Virus record (IMG/VR): IMGVR_UViG_3300032257_000014
Coordinates: 1-59,529 of that record
From: a virus
Taxonomy: Duplodnaviria > Caudoviricetes
Length of the DNA stretch: 59,529 bases
Reading direction: 5' to 3' (one strand)
Shown piece after piece: positions 1 through 10,359 of this stretch (position 1 is its first letter; every line of letters begins with the position of its first letter). A program made the translations under genes and the position numbers. The notes beneath the pieces were generated by a model that did no database searches, was not told where the DNA came from, and saw nothing but the letters and a program-made list of their open reading frames with translations.

Positions 1-1
1 A

Positions 2-322
2 ACTCAGTTTGAAAATGCATATCAAGAAACCTCAGGTTTAAATTTTGGTGGTGCAGTTGAAGCTGCCAAAATGGGATTTAAGGTTGCACGAGCTGGCTGG
101 AATGGTAAAGGCATGTGGGTAATTTTTGTACCGGGCACCAAGAAAGCTGAATTACGTGAAGGTACACAGTATAAAATTCATTTACCAAAACGTAAGTCGA
201 TTGAGATTTTACCTCACTTCGATATGTTCACTATCAATGCACAAGGTCGTCGAGCTATGTTATGCGGTTGGTTAGCATCTCAGAGTGATATGAACGCAAC
301 TGATTGGTGCATCGTCAAGTAA
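2..322 (+). CDS. tad2: Tad2-like (DUF2829) anti-defence cyclic-nucleotide sponge; 5'-truncated by the window edge
   Basis: Frame is open from position 2: FENAYQETSGLNFGGAVEAAKMGFKVARAGWNGKGMWV...GWLASQSDMNATDW. This matches the DUF2829 pattern FGxAxxxxKxGxKVARxGWNGKGM...WLASQxDxxAxDW. Confidence 0.8.
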   Translation, partial: TQFENAYQETSGLNFGGAVEAAKMGFKVARAGWNGKGMWVIFVPGTKKAELREGTQYKIHLPKRKSIEILPHFDMFTINAQGRRAMLCGWLASQSDMNATDWCIVK

Positions 323-733
323 ATGTTCGCTAAACGACAAGACATTGGCCGGGTATACGTTATTAAAATGACGTTGCCCGACGGTGTTATTGTTCATAAG
401 ATTGGCATGTGTAATAGTAATAGATCTACAGATCGTATGATGGAAATTTTACGTTCTTGGTTTACGAAGTTTAGATTTGTTCCATACACGGAATTACGCC
501 TGGATATGGAAACAGGTAGACCATTAGAATTAGAACAACATATTCACAAAATATTGCAGCATAAACAATTTATACCAAATGAAAAGGTACAAGGTAGCAC
601 TGAAATGTTTATCGATATCGATGAATTTCGTGTTATTCAATTCTTAAAACATTGTAATGATGACTTATTTGCTGCACCATTAGATTTGTCTAATGAAGAC
701 TATAAAAATTTAGGGCAATTCTTGTCCCCGTAG
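323..733 (+). CDS. T5orf172/GIY-YIG-like nuclease domain protein
   Basis: GRVYVIK...HKIG...R...LEQHIH...GSTEMF pattern of T5orf172/Mug113 proteins. Confidence 0.65.
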   Translation: MFAKRQDIGRVYVIKMTLPDGVIVHKIGMCNSNRSTDRMMEILRSWFTKFRFVPYTELRLDMETGRPLELEQHIHKILQHKQFIPNEKVQGSTEMFIDIDEFRVIQFLKHCNDDLFAAPLDLSNEDYKNLGQFLSP

Positions 734-740
734 GATACCC

Positions 741-1457
741 ATGACAAAAGAATTAACACTAGATTTAGTTCAATCCCAATTAAAGCCTAACCAAAGACAA
801 ACCATTGGTGAGGAAACAGTAGCTGAGATACAAAAGCTTGCTGAAGATCCTGATTATGGTGAAGAGTTTCTAGATTGCTATATTGATCACCTTAATATTT
901 TTAAAGAGAATGCCGGTAGATCTCATACCCAGTATCTTAATGCGGTTAAATTTTTTAGCTTGGTTGAATCAGGTAACTCATTAACCGACTCTTATATAAA
1001 ATTATTCCCAGAACGTTACCAAGCCAGAAAGAGAAATAACCCCACTGAAGAAAATAGTAAAGAATTAGTACGTGGAGAAGCCAGTAGATTCAATAGTTCT
1101 ATGCTGGTTACCGAAATACGTAAAGTTGCTGCAGTACCAGTGCAACTTATACACAGGCACTTACTTCACAAGGCTATTTTAAAGCAAGCGGATTTGATGG
1201 AAAATGCATGCAGTGAGATAGTTCAACAGAAAGCAAGTGCATGCTTAATTGAGCAATTAAAGCCTGAGGAAGATAATACCATTAAGGTGAAAGTAGAAGA
1301 TAATACAACTTCTGTAATTGAGCAGTTAAGTAAAGCTGCTGAAGCTTTAGCTATTAGACAGAATGAACGAGTACTGGGAGGTTTATCGGTACAAGCCATA
1401 TCCTCTTCAAAAATACAAGAAGCAGTAGTAGTAGAAGGTGAAGTTGTAGATGAATGA
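741..1457 (+). CDS. terS: Terminase small subunit (N4 gp69-like)
   Basis: Directly upstream of and overlapping TerL; YLNAVKF...SYIKLFPERY and SEIVQQKA motifs resemble N4-like gp69. Confidence 0.7.
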   Translation: MTKELTLDLVQSQLKPNQRQTIGEETVAEIQKLAEDPDYGEEFLDCYIDHLNIFKENAGRSHTQYLNAVKFFSLVESGNSLTDSYIKLFPERYQARKRNNPTEENSKELVRGEASRFNSSMLVTEIRKVAAVPVQLIHRHLLHKAILKQADLMENACSEIVQQKASACLIEQLKPEEDNTIKVKVEDNTTSVIEQLSKAAEALAIRQNERVLGGLSVQAISSSKIQEAVVVEGEVVDE

Positions 1458-3213
1458 TACTGTAGTTATTGAAGATGAATCCTGTGTAAATCCTGATGCT
1501 GTGCGTGAGAGGGTAGAAAAGGAAGGACTTGATTGGGAAACTCAGTGGTTACTCGAGGATGAAGAAGGTGATGAGTACATCATTGAGAAAGGTGATCTGG
1601 ATCTTGATGCCAGATTAAATCGAGTAGATTACAGTTACCTTATGGGCCCTGACTATAAACCTTCAGTATTTGCCTACAAGCTAGTAAATTTTATAAAACT
1701 CGTTAATGGTGAAGAAGGTGAAGAAAACGAATCTCCTATTATTCACTACGACATGTTTGATCAAGTACCAAAGTTTAACCAAAACCTATTTGTATCATTT
1801 CGTGGTTCAGCAAAAACCACAGCACTGCATGAATACATTATTCTTTACCTTGCTGTTTATGGAGAGATTGATGGCTTTGGTGTAGTAGATGTAGGTATAT
1901 ATATTAGTGATACTATGGATAATGGTGTCAAATCTATGCGTAAAAACTTGCAATTCAGATGGGAAAATTCTGATTTTCTGCAAAAGTATGTTCCAGCACG
2001 CTGGGTAAACCCTGAAAAGCCAAGTGAAGTAAGAACTACAAACTTTACCGACGTTAGATGGGAATTTGTTAATATTGATGGTAAGCGTTTATGTTTTCGT
2101 GGATTCGGTGCCAGTACTGGTGTTCGTGGATTCAAGGAATATGGCCAACGTCCTACATGGGCTGGATTTGACGATTTAATGTCAGATAAAAATGCTGTAT
2201 CTCCTACGATACAAAAAGACATTAAGCATATAATCTACAAGGCTGCTCGTCAGGCACTGCATCCTAAAAAACGTATGCAACTATGGACCGGTACTCCGTT
2301 CAACAAGTCAGACCCGTTGTATGAAGCTGCAGGCAGTGGTGCTTGGAATACCCGGGTGTACCCGATTTGTGAAAAGTTCCCGTGCAAAAAAGAAGACTTC
2401 AGAGGTGGATGGCCAGATAGATTTTCGTACAGTTTTGTTAAAAAAGAATTTAGAAGCTTAAAGCTTAGTGGAGAAATATCTTCATTTAGCCAGGAGCTGA
2501 TGTTGAGAATTACTAGTGAAGAAGATCGTTTAGTACAAGACCATGATATTGTTTGGTACTCGAGAGATAAAGTTCTCCAGAACCGCAGTAGATATAATTT
2601 TTACATCACAACAGATTTTGCTACTTCTGATAAAGCTAAAGCAGACTTTAGTGTTATTGCTGTCTGGGCTTACACAAATAATAAAGATTGGTTGTTAGTA
2701 GATGGACTCTGTAAACGACAATTAATGGATGCCAATGTTAATGCTTTATTTAAGTTTGTGTCTACGTATAAACCACTTAGTGTTGGTGTAGAGATTAATG
2801 GGCAACAAGGTGGATTTATCTCTTGGCTTAAAACTCAGATGATAGATAGAAATATATTTTTTAACCTGGCAGGAAAAGGAGCTGTTGAGGGTATTCGTCG
2901 GACAGGCAGTAAAATTGAAGCATTTAAATTGTTTGTGCCTACAATTAAAGCTAAGAAGATGTGGTTGCCTCAAGAACTCAAAAACACAGCGTTCATAGAT
3001 GAAGCCGAGGAAGAATTAAAATTTGCTACTGGTGAAGGATTCAAGTCAAAGCATGATGATGTAGCGGATACTATGTCAATGCTGTTAGACATGGACCCTT
3101 ATCCACCTAGTCAGGAAGCAAAACCTGAGTACATTGATGATGAAGATGGTACTCACGCATTCTTTAATGACGATGATGATGACGATATATATAACAACAG
3201 TACAGTTTTTTAG
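1450..3213 (+). CDS. terL: Terminase large subunit (N4 gp68-like)
   Basis: Walker A FRGSAKTT, Walker B GFDDL, motif III GTP, RNase H-fold TTDFA...ADFS and HDDVAD. Confidence 0.95.
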   Translation: MNDTVVIEDESCVNPDAVRERVEKEGLDWETQWLLEDEEGDEYIIEKGDLDLDARLNRVDYSYLMGPDYKPSVFAYKLVNFIKLVNGEEGEENESPIIHYDMFDQVPKFNQNLFVSFRGSAKTTALHEYIILYLAVYGEIDGFGVVDVGIYISDTMDNGVKSMRKNLQFRWENSDFLQKYVPARWVNPEKPSEVRTTNFTDVRWEFVNIDGKRLCFRGFGASTGVRGFKEYGQRPTWAGFDDLMSDKNAVSPTIQKDIKHIIYKAARQALHPKKRMQLWTGTPFNKSDPLYEAAGSGAWNTRVYPICEKFPCKKEDFRGGWPDRFSYSFVKKEFRSLKLSGEISSFSQELMLRITSEEDRLVQDHDIVWYSRDKVLQNRSRYNFYITTDFATSDKAKADFSVIAVWAYTNNKDWLLVDGLCKRQLMDANVNALFKFVSTYKPLSVGVEINGQQGGFISWLKTQMIDRNIFFNLAGKGAVEGIRRTGSKIEAFKLFVPTIKAKKMWLPQELKNTAFIDEAEEELKFATGEGFKSKHDDVADTMSMLLDMDPYPPSQEAKPEYIDDEDGTHAFFNDDDDDDIYNNSTVF

Positions 3214-3241
3214 ATTGTCATGTTAGTATTAATAAAATTTT

Positions 3242-3880
3242 ATGAGGTTTCTCATGTTAGTAAGTGAAGCGATTACCCAACTCAAAACTTCTGAAGTAAA
3301 ACAGCTTGGGTTAAAAGATAGTGACGCTGATATATTAGGCTTTATAAACTTTGGTATATTAGAGTTGTACAAACGGTTTCCTTTATGGGAAGCTGAAGCA
3401 GTTATTACTCAAGCAACTGATGTAGTGCTTTATACTTTAGCTGATGGTGCAGCAAATGTTGTTATTGACTTAAGTGATCATAATCTCCTAACAATACTAA
3501 AAGTATGGGACGAAGATGATAATTTTTACATTATAAACAATGAAAAAGATCCAGATAGCTTAAAAACCCCCAAATACAACCAGTTAAAAGTTGCAGCAGC
3601 TTCAGTTGTAGATGGTTATGTTATGACTGTTGATTACAGAGCAGCTCCACTATTTCTTACTAGCGTTAGTGATGTTATCCCACTTCCAGTACAATTTTTA
3701 GAAGCCTTATTTACTTATGTTGGATATAAAGGACAATCATCTGTAAAAGTTGGTGTGAAAGATGAAAATAATGCACATTACATAAGGTTTGAAGCTGCTT
3801 GTGAAAGAATTAAAACAGAAGGTCTTTTTGCTGGAAATGACTTAGAATCAACAAAATTTGAACAAAGCACTTATGTGTAG
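3242..3880 (+). CDS. Head-tail adaptor-like virion protein (N4 gp67-like)
   Basis: Position after TerL as in N4; INFGILELYKRF and IPLPVQFLEALFTYVGY motifs. Confidence 0.65.
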   Translation: MRFLMLVSEAITQLKTSEVKQLGLKDSDADILGFINFGILELYKRFPLWEAEAVITQATDVVLYTLADGAANVVIDLSDHNLLTILKVWDEDDNFYIINNEKDPDSLKTPKYNQLKVAAASVVDGYVMTVDYRAAPLFLTSVSDVIPLPVQFLEALFTYVGYKGQSSVKVGVKDENNAHYIRFEAACERIKTEGLFAGNDLESTKFEQSTYV

Positions 3881-3915
3881 TAACTTACAACTAATAAATT
3901 TTTGGAGTAGCAATA

Positions 3916-4260
3916 ATGTCTGAAGTAAACCCTAAAACCGTAAGAGGTGCCACACTTACAGCATCAATTGATAGTACTACAAAGTTACCTGTACCGGATG
4001 AAAGCACTAATGGTGCAAAGCATGTAATAGGACTAGCAACTAACGGTGTACTTCAAGCGGCTGGCACGTATACGGCAACTGATGTTCTAGGGTATAAAGT
4101 ATTAGTTCAAGGGTCTGCTGATTGGTCTATTACGTTGAAAGATGGCTCTGCATTAACAATACCGTTTGGGAGTATGACTGTTGGGGATATTTTTCCAGAA
4201 CATTTAGTCTCAATTACTGTAGGCACAGCGGGTCAAGCCCTTCTGTATATTCCATCATGA
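3916..4260 (+). CDS. Small virion/tail protein
   Basis: GGAG RBS, beta-rich composition, lies in the tail module. Confidence 0.5.
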   Translation: MSEVNPKTVRGATLTASIDSTTKLPVPDESTNGAKHVIGLATNGVLQAAGTYTATDVLGYKVLVQGSADWSITLKDGSALTIPFGSMTVGDIFPEHLVSITVGTAGQALLYIPS

Positions 4261-4406
4261 GCAGGATTATAGCGGTAGCGTATAAACTATTTGCGCAGGC
4301 ATCAAGTAAGCCGCCTAGCACATCGGTTATTCCATCAAATGTACTAACAACTATCGCAGGTGATCCGATTACTACAATTGGTGGCGACTACATAACGGTG
4401 ATATAA
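4257..4406 (+). CDS. 49-aa tail-associated peptide (MSRIIAV...GDYITVI)
   Basis: ATGA overlap with the upstream gene; tandem LTTIAGDPI/ITTIGGDYI repeat; abuts the tailspike start. Confidence 0.5.
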   Translation: MSRIIAVAYKLFAQASSKPPSTSVIPSNVLTTIAGDPITTIGGDYITVI

Positions 4407-4407
4407 A

Positions 4408-6465
4408 ATGTCTACAGCAATAAACGCACTAGATTTAGCAAATAGAAATGAAATAAGTAAATTAACTGCTCCGTTGCATGGACAAGTTATTTGTAATACT
4501 TCAGCGGGTTCGAGAATATTTACATTCTCTGCAAACGGCTCAGATGAGCGTCAAAAGTTTGTGGATTTATACCAATATTTTGCTGATGAGTTAGCGGCAG
4601 GTCGTAGAGTTTATGCGGCTATGGGTGCTGGTGATTATGGTTTTGATGGCAATGGCTTGCAGCAATTATTTCAAGCGGGTTCACAAGGTTTAGTGTGGAC
4701 AGGTATGGGACCAGAGGTTACTCGCATAGGTTATGTTGGCGATACAGAATCTGGGAATATTTGGAGAATAGCTGAATGGGAACCAGATGTAGATGCTGTT
4801 AAATCAGTTATAGGCATTACGCAAGCGGCTGGTGTTGCAACTGTAAACATTACGGCTCATGGTGCGGTAGAAGGTGAAACGGTAAGAATATATAACTCAG
4901 ATCAAACTGAATACAATGGCTTACAGGTTGTTACCGGTATTACGGATGAGGATAACTTTACTTTCTCCGTTGATTCAGGAACCGTATCACCAGCGACAGG
5001 CACGATAACCTGTGCTATTCATTCTCAGTTCTTGCGTGATTTCGCTATTTGTAACATGCAATTTATGGATACAAATCCTAGCGCACATAGACTTCAGCCT
5101 TTCGCGGGAGATACACCACCTTTTAAAGACCCTCCAACCGGTGCAGAAGAAACTCACGGTATTCAAATGAAGCAGTCACATGGCTTGCGTATGCAAAATA
5201 TGTGGGCTGACAGCGTTGGTGATGAAGCTATCGAACTTATTTACGCTGAGGATTTTGAGGTGTCTAGCTTCAGAAGTCGCGGTACTCCTTCAGAAGAGCA
5301 ATCAGGTGGCGGGGCTATATCAATTAAAAATGGTTGTCATCATGGTTTGGTTGATAAATTTATTATAGGCAATATCGGCTCAACTAGCGCATCCACTTAT
5401 GGCGTGAACTTAAAAAATGTCGTTCACCCTGAGCCTAGCTCAGATATAAAGATAACTAATGGATTTGTGATTAACCCTGTCACTTCTGGTATCAGAATGA
5501 ATACCTCTTCATCAGATATTGCTCGCGTAAAGATAGGTAATGTAACTGTTGTAGGTGGTGAAAATGCGCTAGCAGAGGGCGGCTCTGGATTCTTATTATC
5601 GGAAGTTAGAATTAGCGATTTTACCTGTATTGAGCAAACGGGAAAAAATGTAGATATAAATCGTGCATTAGCTGATGCAGCAGATATAACTATTAAAGAT
5701 TCAACTTTTGACGGTTCACGTCATGCAACTAATACATTGCCAAATGTCCAGGTTAACGGCTCAAATATAAAATTGATTGATAATGATTATAAAAATGCAG
5801 CTATGGCTGTTTATTCTAGTCAATCAGTCGATGTATTAGTTCAGGGCGGCACATCTGACAATAACGGTGAGACAGGTGTCGCATATCCTGTTGTTTATGA
5901 TCAAACGTCAAGCGGTAACATGGTTGTTGATGGCTTGAAAGTTATTAATAGTCAATCAACAGGTACATATTTCCGAGGCGTTCACACGGTTAAAAATTGT
6001 CCTGAAATGAGTTCGTTAAATGAGCAAAGTTTAGGTGCAGCAACAGCGTTTACAAATTTTGATAATAATAAAAAAGTTGTTACTAAATTGCTTACAGCAT
6101 CAATCGAAGGCGGGAGTGCTTCTGATAATGAATTTGAGCCGCTAACAAATCCAAGTGTTATCGGTACTATTCAAGTGACTGCTGATTGGGTTAATGTTGA
6201 TAACAATAGCAGCACACAAACAGCTAATCCTATTATTAGACTAGATGATTGTCTACGATGCACAGCAAACGGCAATAAGATGCCTGCAATAGCTTCGGGC
6301 AACGGCATCATTGAAAGAGTAGCAACAGCAGCAGACTATAATACTATTACAGGTAATCAGTTAAATGGTAGACCTGTTGTTGTAGTTGGCGCTAATACTA
6401 TTGGTGCTGACGTTGTAGTGCCGGATGCGGGAGCAGGAACAACAACCATTAAGTTTAATTTATAA
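4408..6465 (+). CDS. Tailspike, right-handed beta-helix (pectate lyase-like) depolymerase
   Basis: HGIQM/GDEAIEL/GAISIK/YGVNLK/SGIRMN rungs typical of parallel beta-helices; N-terminal HG...GETVRI...YNG small beta domain. Confidence 0.75.
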   Translation: MSTAINALDLANRNEISKLTAPLHGQVICNTSAGSRIFTFSANGSDERQKFVDLYQYFADELAAGRRVYAAMGAGDYGFDGNGLQQLFQAGSQGLVWTGMGPEVTRIGYVGDTESGNIWRIAEWEPDVDAVKSVIGITQAAGVATVNITAHGAVEGETVRIYNSDQTEYNGLQVVTGITDEDNFTFSVDSGTVSPATGTITCAIHSQFLRDFAICNMQFMDTNPSAHRLQPFAGDTPPFKDPPTGAEETHGIQMKQSHGLRMQNMWADSVGDEAIELIYAEDFEVSSFRSRGTPSEEQSGGGAISIKNGCHHGLVDKFIIGNIGSTSASTYGVNLKNVVHPEPSSDIKITNGFVINPVTSGIRMNTSSSDIARVKIGNVTVVGGENALAEGGSGFLLSEVRISDFTCIEQTGKNVDINRALADAADITIKDSTFDGSRHATNTLPNVQVNGSNIKLIDNDYKNAAMAVYSSQSVDVLVQGGTSDNNGETGVAYPVVYDQTSSGNMVVDGLKVINSQSTGTYFRGVHTVKNCPEMSSLNEQSLGAATAFTNFDNNKKVVTKLLTASIEGGSASDNEFEPLTNPSVIGTIQVTADWVNVDNNSSTQTANPIIRLDDCLRCTANGNKMPAIASGNGIIERVATAADYNTITGNQLNGRPVVVVGANTIGADVVVPDAGAGTTTIKFNL

Positions 6466-6594
6466 CGTGACAAAATATAAATCACTATGGTTATTAAATG
6501 ACTGAATATATAAATACCATAGTAATATGGCCACTGTACAACCAGTAGACTTAGATAGTATGATAGCTATAAATAATTTAATAGGAATTAAAAA

Positions 6595-6975
6595 ATGTCT
6601 ATAAGCCACCTATTGGCCACAAGGCTAGCCATAACTAATGTAATACTGGCAGCAGTAGATTCAGGAACTGCAGGTAACTTAGTATTTCAAGAAGTAGGTG
6701 ATGGAGCAATTGTTGCAACACTTAGTTTAAGTTCACCTGCAGGTACAATTGATAATGGCACTGCAGTACTTACATTTGATACTATAGCTTCAGATGAATC
6801 CGTAGTTGGTGGAGACATTGCTGAGTTTAAGGTAGAAGACAGTGCAGGTACTGAAGTTTTCCGTGGTTCAGTTGGAGTAGCGGGTTCTGGTGCCGATTTA
6901 ATTTTATCAAGCTTAAGCTATGCTGCTACAGATAGACTTGAAGTAACTGACGTAATTTATACACCTCCTGTTTAG
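6595..6975 (+). CDS. Small structural (tail/spike) protein
   Basis: AGGA RBS; GSVGVAGSGADLILSS motif common in small phage tail proteins. Confidence 0.55.
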   Translation: MSISHLLATRLAITNVILAAVDSGTAGNLVFQEVGDGAIVATLSLSSPAGTIDNGTAVLTFDTIASDESVVGGDIAEFKVEDSAGTEVFRGSVGVAGSGADLILSSLSYAATDRLEVTDVIYTPPV

Positions 6976-7001
6976 TACAGCAGGTAACATAGGACAATAA
7001 T

Positions 7002-7439
7002 ATGGCACAAGGTGATATTTCAATTTTTAACGTAGCAAGAGCTAAAATGATTGCTGGTGGATGGGCACTTACTGATGTTTTTAACCTTGCAATTATGACT
7101 GCTGTTATAACACCAACAGTAGCCGATGTAACTCCTACTTGGGCTGATTACAGTGCTAATGAAGTTAGTGATGCTGGAACATATACACTAGGCGGTGAAT
7201 CACTAGGTGCGTTAAGTACCTTAGTGTCACAAACAGCTGGTGTTATGACTTTCGACAGCTCAGCAGCACCTTCGTATGCAGCTGATGCATCAAATGATGC
7301 TACAGCTGCTGCTTGGGCAATTATATACAACACTGTGACAGATGATGCTGTAGGGTTTATAGAACTAGGATCAGTAGCCATGGTAAGTAGTCCGTTAACC
7401 ATAACAATAAACCCTTTAGGCATTTTCACCATTACATAA
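7002..7439 (+). CDS. Small structural (tail/spike) protein
   Basis: AGGA RBS; NEVSxxGxYTxGGxxL motif and C-terminal GIFTI of a widespread small virion protein family. Confidence 0.6.
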   Translation: MAQGDISIFNVARAKMIAGGWALTDVFNLAIMTAVITPTVADVTPTWADYSANEVSDAGTYTLGGESLGALSTLVSQTAGVMTFDSSAAPSYAADASNDATAAAWAIIYNTVTDDAVGFIELGSVAMVSSPLTITINPLGIFTIT

Positions 7440-7449
7440 TGAGAAAAAT

Positions 7450-7773
7450 ATGAGTCATGATTTATACACTTATGCCCAAACAGATAAAGTATTTTTTAAA
7501 CTTACACTACTTGGCGTAGCCGTAACTGGTGTAGTACTGCAGGATGCTGATGTTAAACTATTAAAAGATGGAGCTGCTGCTGCAGACATTGGCCTTGAAT
7601 GTACAGAGTGCGTAGGAGGTCTTGGATGGTATGAATGGCAACCGAGTCTAGCTGCACAAACATCTTCTGAAGTTTTAATTATTAATATTAAAGATGCTAT
7701 TGGTTCAGCTTTTGATGAAAATGCAGTGTTACTGACAACTGGTGGAAACATCGCAGCTAGGTTTAACGGGTAA
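7450..7773 (+). CDS. Small structural protein (Ig-like adaptor?)
   Basis: Tightly packed ORF in the tail module; LKDGAA...GWYEW pattern. Confidence 0.45.
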   Translation: MSHDLYTYAQTDKVFFKLTLLGVAVTGVVLQDADVKLLKDGAAAADIGLECTECVGGLGWYEWQPSLAAQTSSEVLIINIKDAIGSAFDENAVLLTTGGNIAARFNG

Positions 7774-8945
7774 TGAGCAGCGGCATAAATGTAGGACTAT
7801 CAGTCGGGGAAAGTACTAGCACAAATGGTCGCTATGCTTTTGCAGAAGAACAGGTAGACCATACGTATATAGCGGATAGCACCAATTACCTCACTGTTCT
7901 TTCAGGTGCATCGGCTGGTGAGTCTATTGGGCTTGAAGCAGGTGTGTACACTGATGGGTTAGTTGTGCCTTCTAATATTACTATTGCTTCACTCTATGGT
8001 GTTGGTACTGTCAATTTTGTTGGTGGTGATAACGCATGGGAAGCTATAATTCAATTACCTAATATAGGTGGCGTAATAGATGGGCTGATTGCCCATGACC
8101 CAGACAATTCAAACTCTAACGCAATACAAGTAGATGGTACATATAACCAAGTACTAAACTGTGGAGCCTACAATGGCGGTACACATAAACATAAAATACC
8201 TTGTATTATTGGAGGTAACTATAACCTCATTGAAGATAGTTTTTTCTTTGGGTTGGGTAGATACACAATACAAACCTTCACAAGTGAGTACAACACAATA
8301 AGACGATGTGTTGCTAGATGGGATTCAACAATTCCTGGTGATCTTAGTGAACCTAATGCAGCATTCTCTAACTACAATAGTAATAATAATACGTGGGAAA
8401 ATTGTATATCTATCGATTACAACAGTACACCAGAGCCTATGAGACATGGTGGAGACTTTTATGCTCCTCATCATATAAGCATATGGCCAAATGGTAATCG
8501 TGACAACAAATGGTTAGGTTGTGCAGTTGCATACCATGATAGAAGTAATGACGCTGGTGACAACAACAACTTCGGGTTCAGAAGTGACCCAGACCCTACT
8601 ACTACATGTATAAATAATGTAATTAAAGACTTTTTCATACGTGATATGCGTGCTGACTTTGGGATAAGCACTTATTTCGGTGTAACAATAACTAACCTGA
8701 CTAGAGAACTAATAACTGCCCCACTTTTAAGTGATGGCACATTTGGCTCTTCTGGTTCAAGTTTAGACTCAACTAATCCTGCTGACATAGATTATAAGTA
8801 TATAGATGGTGTTAAAACTGATGAATTGGTATTCCCATTTAAACATGAAGCTATTATGAAAGAGGAAATGGCTAAGGTTGCAGATGGTAGCAGAGGCTGG
8901 GTTGGTTCTGGTAAATCACTCCATGATTATGTAAAAGGTATATAA
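7773..8945 (+). CDS. Second beta-helix (polysaccharide lyase-like) tail/receptor-binding protein
   Basis: AGESIGLEAGVY cap followed by Asn-ladder rungs (YNQVLNC, YNLIEDS, YNTIRRC, NNTWENC). Confidence 0.65.
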   Translation: MSSGINVGLSVGESTSTNGRYAFAEEQVDHTYIADSTNYLTVLSGASAGESIGLEAGVYTDGLVVPSNITIASLYGVGTVNFVGGDNAWEAIIQLPNIGGVIDGLIAHDPDNSNSNAIQVDGTYNQVLNCGAYNGGTHKHKIPCIIGGNYNLIEDSFFFGLGRYTIQTFTSEYNTIRRCVARWDSTIPGDLSEPNAAFSNYNSNNNTWENCISIDYNSTPEPMRHGGDFYAPHHISIWPNGNRDNKWLGCAVAYHDRSNDAGDNNNFGFRSDPDPTTTCINNVIKDFFIRDMRADFGISTYFGVTITNLTRELITAPLLSDGTFGSSGSSLDSTNPADIDYKYIDGVKTDELVFPFKHEAIMKEEMAKVADGSRGWVGSGKSLHDYVKGI

Positions 8946-9950
8946 ATGGCTATTTCAACACCAGTTATGCTGGTAGCAGCTTCCTCTGAAAAAAATGACC
9001 TTGATGTATCATCAGCCAGTTTTACTATTGGTGATGGTGAATCTGCATGGGCGTTTGTTGCTAGTCGTACAGCTCCGCAAACTCCTGTAATTACTTCTGA
9101 TTTAGGTTTGGTTTGGACTGAGCAATATCAAACCACTGATGGCCGAATGACTGTATTTAGTGCAGTAGGTGACGCTTCAAGTACTGGTGTCTTTACAGTA
9201 ACTAACAGTGGGCCAACTCACTTACACATTGTTGGTGTCGCTAACGCTAATCAAATTCCTGTTCAAGAAGCTGAAAGAGCATTTGGTGGTGGTACAACTA
9301 ACACCGTTACACTCGCAGCTACGGATGCTGATTCTGTTACTCTTGGGATGGTGATATGTACAACACCTGAAACTGTTACCTCTGGTGATACAGAATTAGA
9401 TCAATCAACAATTGATTCTAGTGGTGAAGCTGGTTCTCAGTATACAACTGGCACAGATAATATTTTATCTTGGACGTTTGGCACTGGCACGGAGTCAGTT
9501 GGCTATGCTTTTGAGTTACAAGAAGATACTGTGGTAGACATAGTTACTACTCCTACAACCCCATTAGTGCTAGAAACATACCCGGCTGTAATAAATGAAG
9601 GTATTGTTAACGCAACAACAAAAGCACTTACACTAACAACATACCCAGCATTAATAGATACGTCAGTTAGTGAACCTGCTAATGTATGGTGGAGCAGTAC
9701 CTGGTGGAAATCCCCATTTTTTGGTAACTACTGGTGGAGTTCACCTAATGGTGGATCAGTACAATCTGAACCTGCGACAGTTACTGGTAATGGTATACGC
9801 ATAATAACAGGTACTGGTTATGCTCAATCTGCTCCTGCTACAGTATCAGGTAGTGGTTTTAAGACTACAAATACTAGTGCACCACGAAGTGGACCTACAT
9901 CTGTTATCATTGAAGATAATATTCGAACAGTTATAATAGCTAATTACTAA
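8946..9950 (+). CDS. Tail fibre-associated structural protein
   Basis: Thr/Ser/Gly-rich, QSxPATVxGxG repeat, Trp-rich patch; in the tail module. Confidence 0.5.
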   Translation: MAISTPVMLVAASSEKNDLDVSSASFTIGDGESAWAFVASRTAPQTPVITSDLGLVWTEQYQTTDGRMTVFSAVGDASSTGVFTVTNSGPTHLHIVGVANANQIPVQEAERAFGGGTTNTVTLAATDADSVTLGMVICTTPETVTSGDTELDQSTIDSSGEAGSQYTTGTDNILSWTFGTGTESVGYAFELQEDTVVDIVTTPTTPLVLETYPAVINEGIVNATTKALTLTTYPALIDTSVSEPANVWWSSTWWKSPFFGNYWWSSPNGGSVQSEPATVTGNGIRIITGTGYAQSAPATVSGSGFKTTNTSAPRSGPTSVIIEDNIRTVIIANY

Positions 9951-9962
9951 ACGGGAACACAA

Positions 9963-10310
9963 ATGGCAATACCAATATTGACAGTAGGAGATGACATAGG
10001 TTTATTATGCACCTTACAAATTAACGCTGCAGGAATAGGAATAGATCCTAGCTCTGTTATTAAAGCGTCAGTATCTAACGTAAGAAAAACTAAGTCATTT
10101 ACTGGCAGTGTCACACTAGCTTCTGATGATGCAAATCATACGCTTGGTCAAGGCATAGTATGGGTTGTTATACCGGCAGCAGACACTGCAACAATGGAAC
10201 CGGGCCCAGCTATATTAGAAATTGAAGTGAATGACCCTACAAGGTTAGTTGGAGATAGGATAACTACTTATACTAGTGAAGTAAAAGTAGATCCTACTGC
10301 AATTACTTAA
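9963..10310 (+). CDS. BppU-like baseplate/fibre adaptor domain protein
   Basis: VGDD...GIVWVVIPAADTATMEPG...LEIEV pattern of BppU N-terminal-like domains. Confidence 0.5.
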   Translation: MAIPILTVGDDIGLLCTLQINAAGIGIDPSSVIKASVSNVRKTKSFTGSVTLASDDANHTLGQGIVWVVIPAADTATMEPGPAILEIEVNDPTRLVGDRITTYTSEVKVDPTAIT

Positions 10311-10359
10311 TTAGTTTGTTAAACTCAAAATACACTTAAACCTAACCACCGAGATTATA

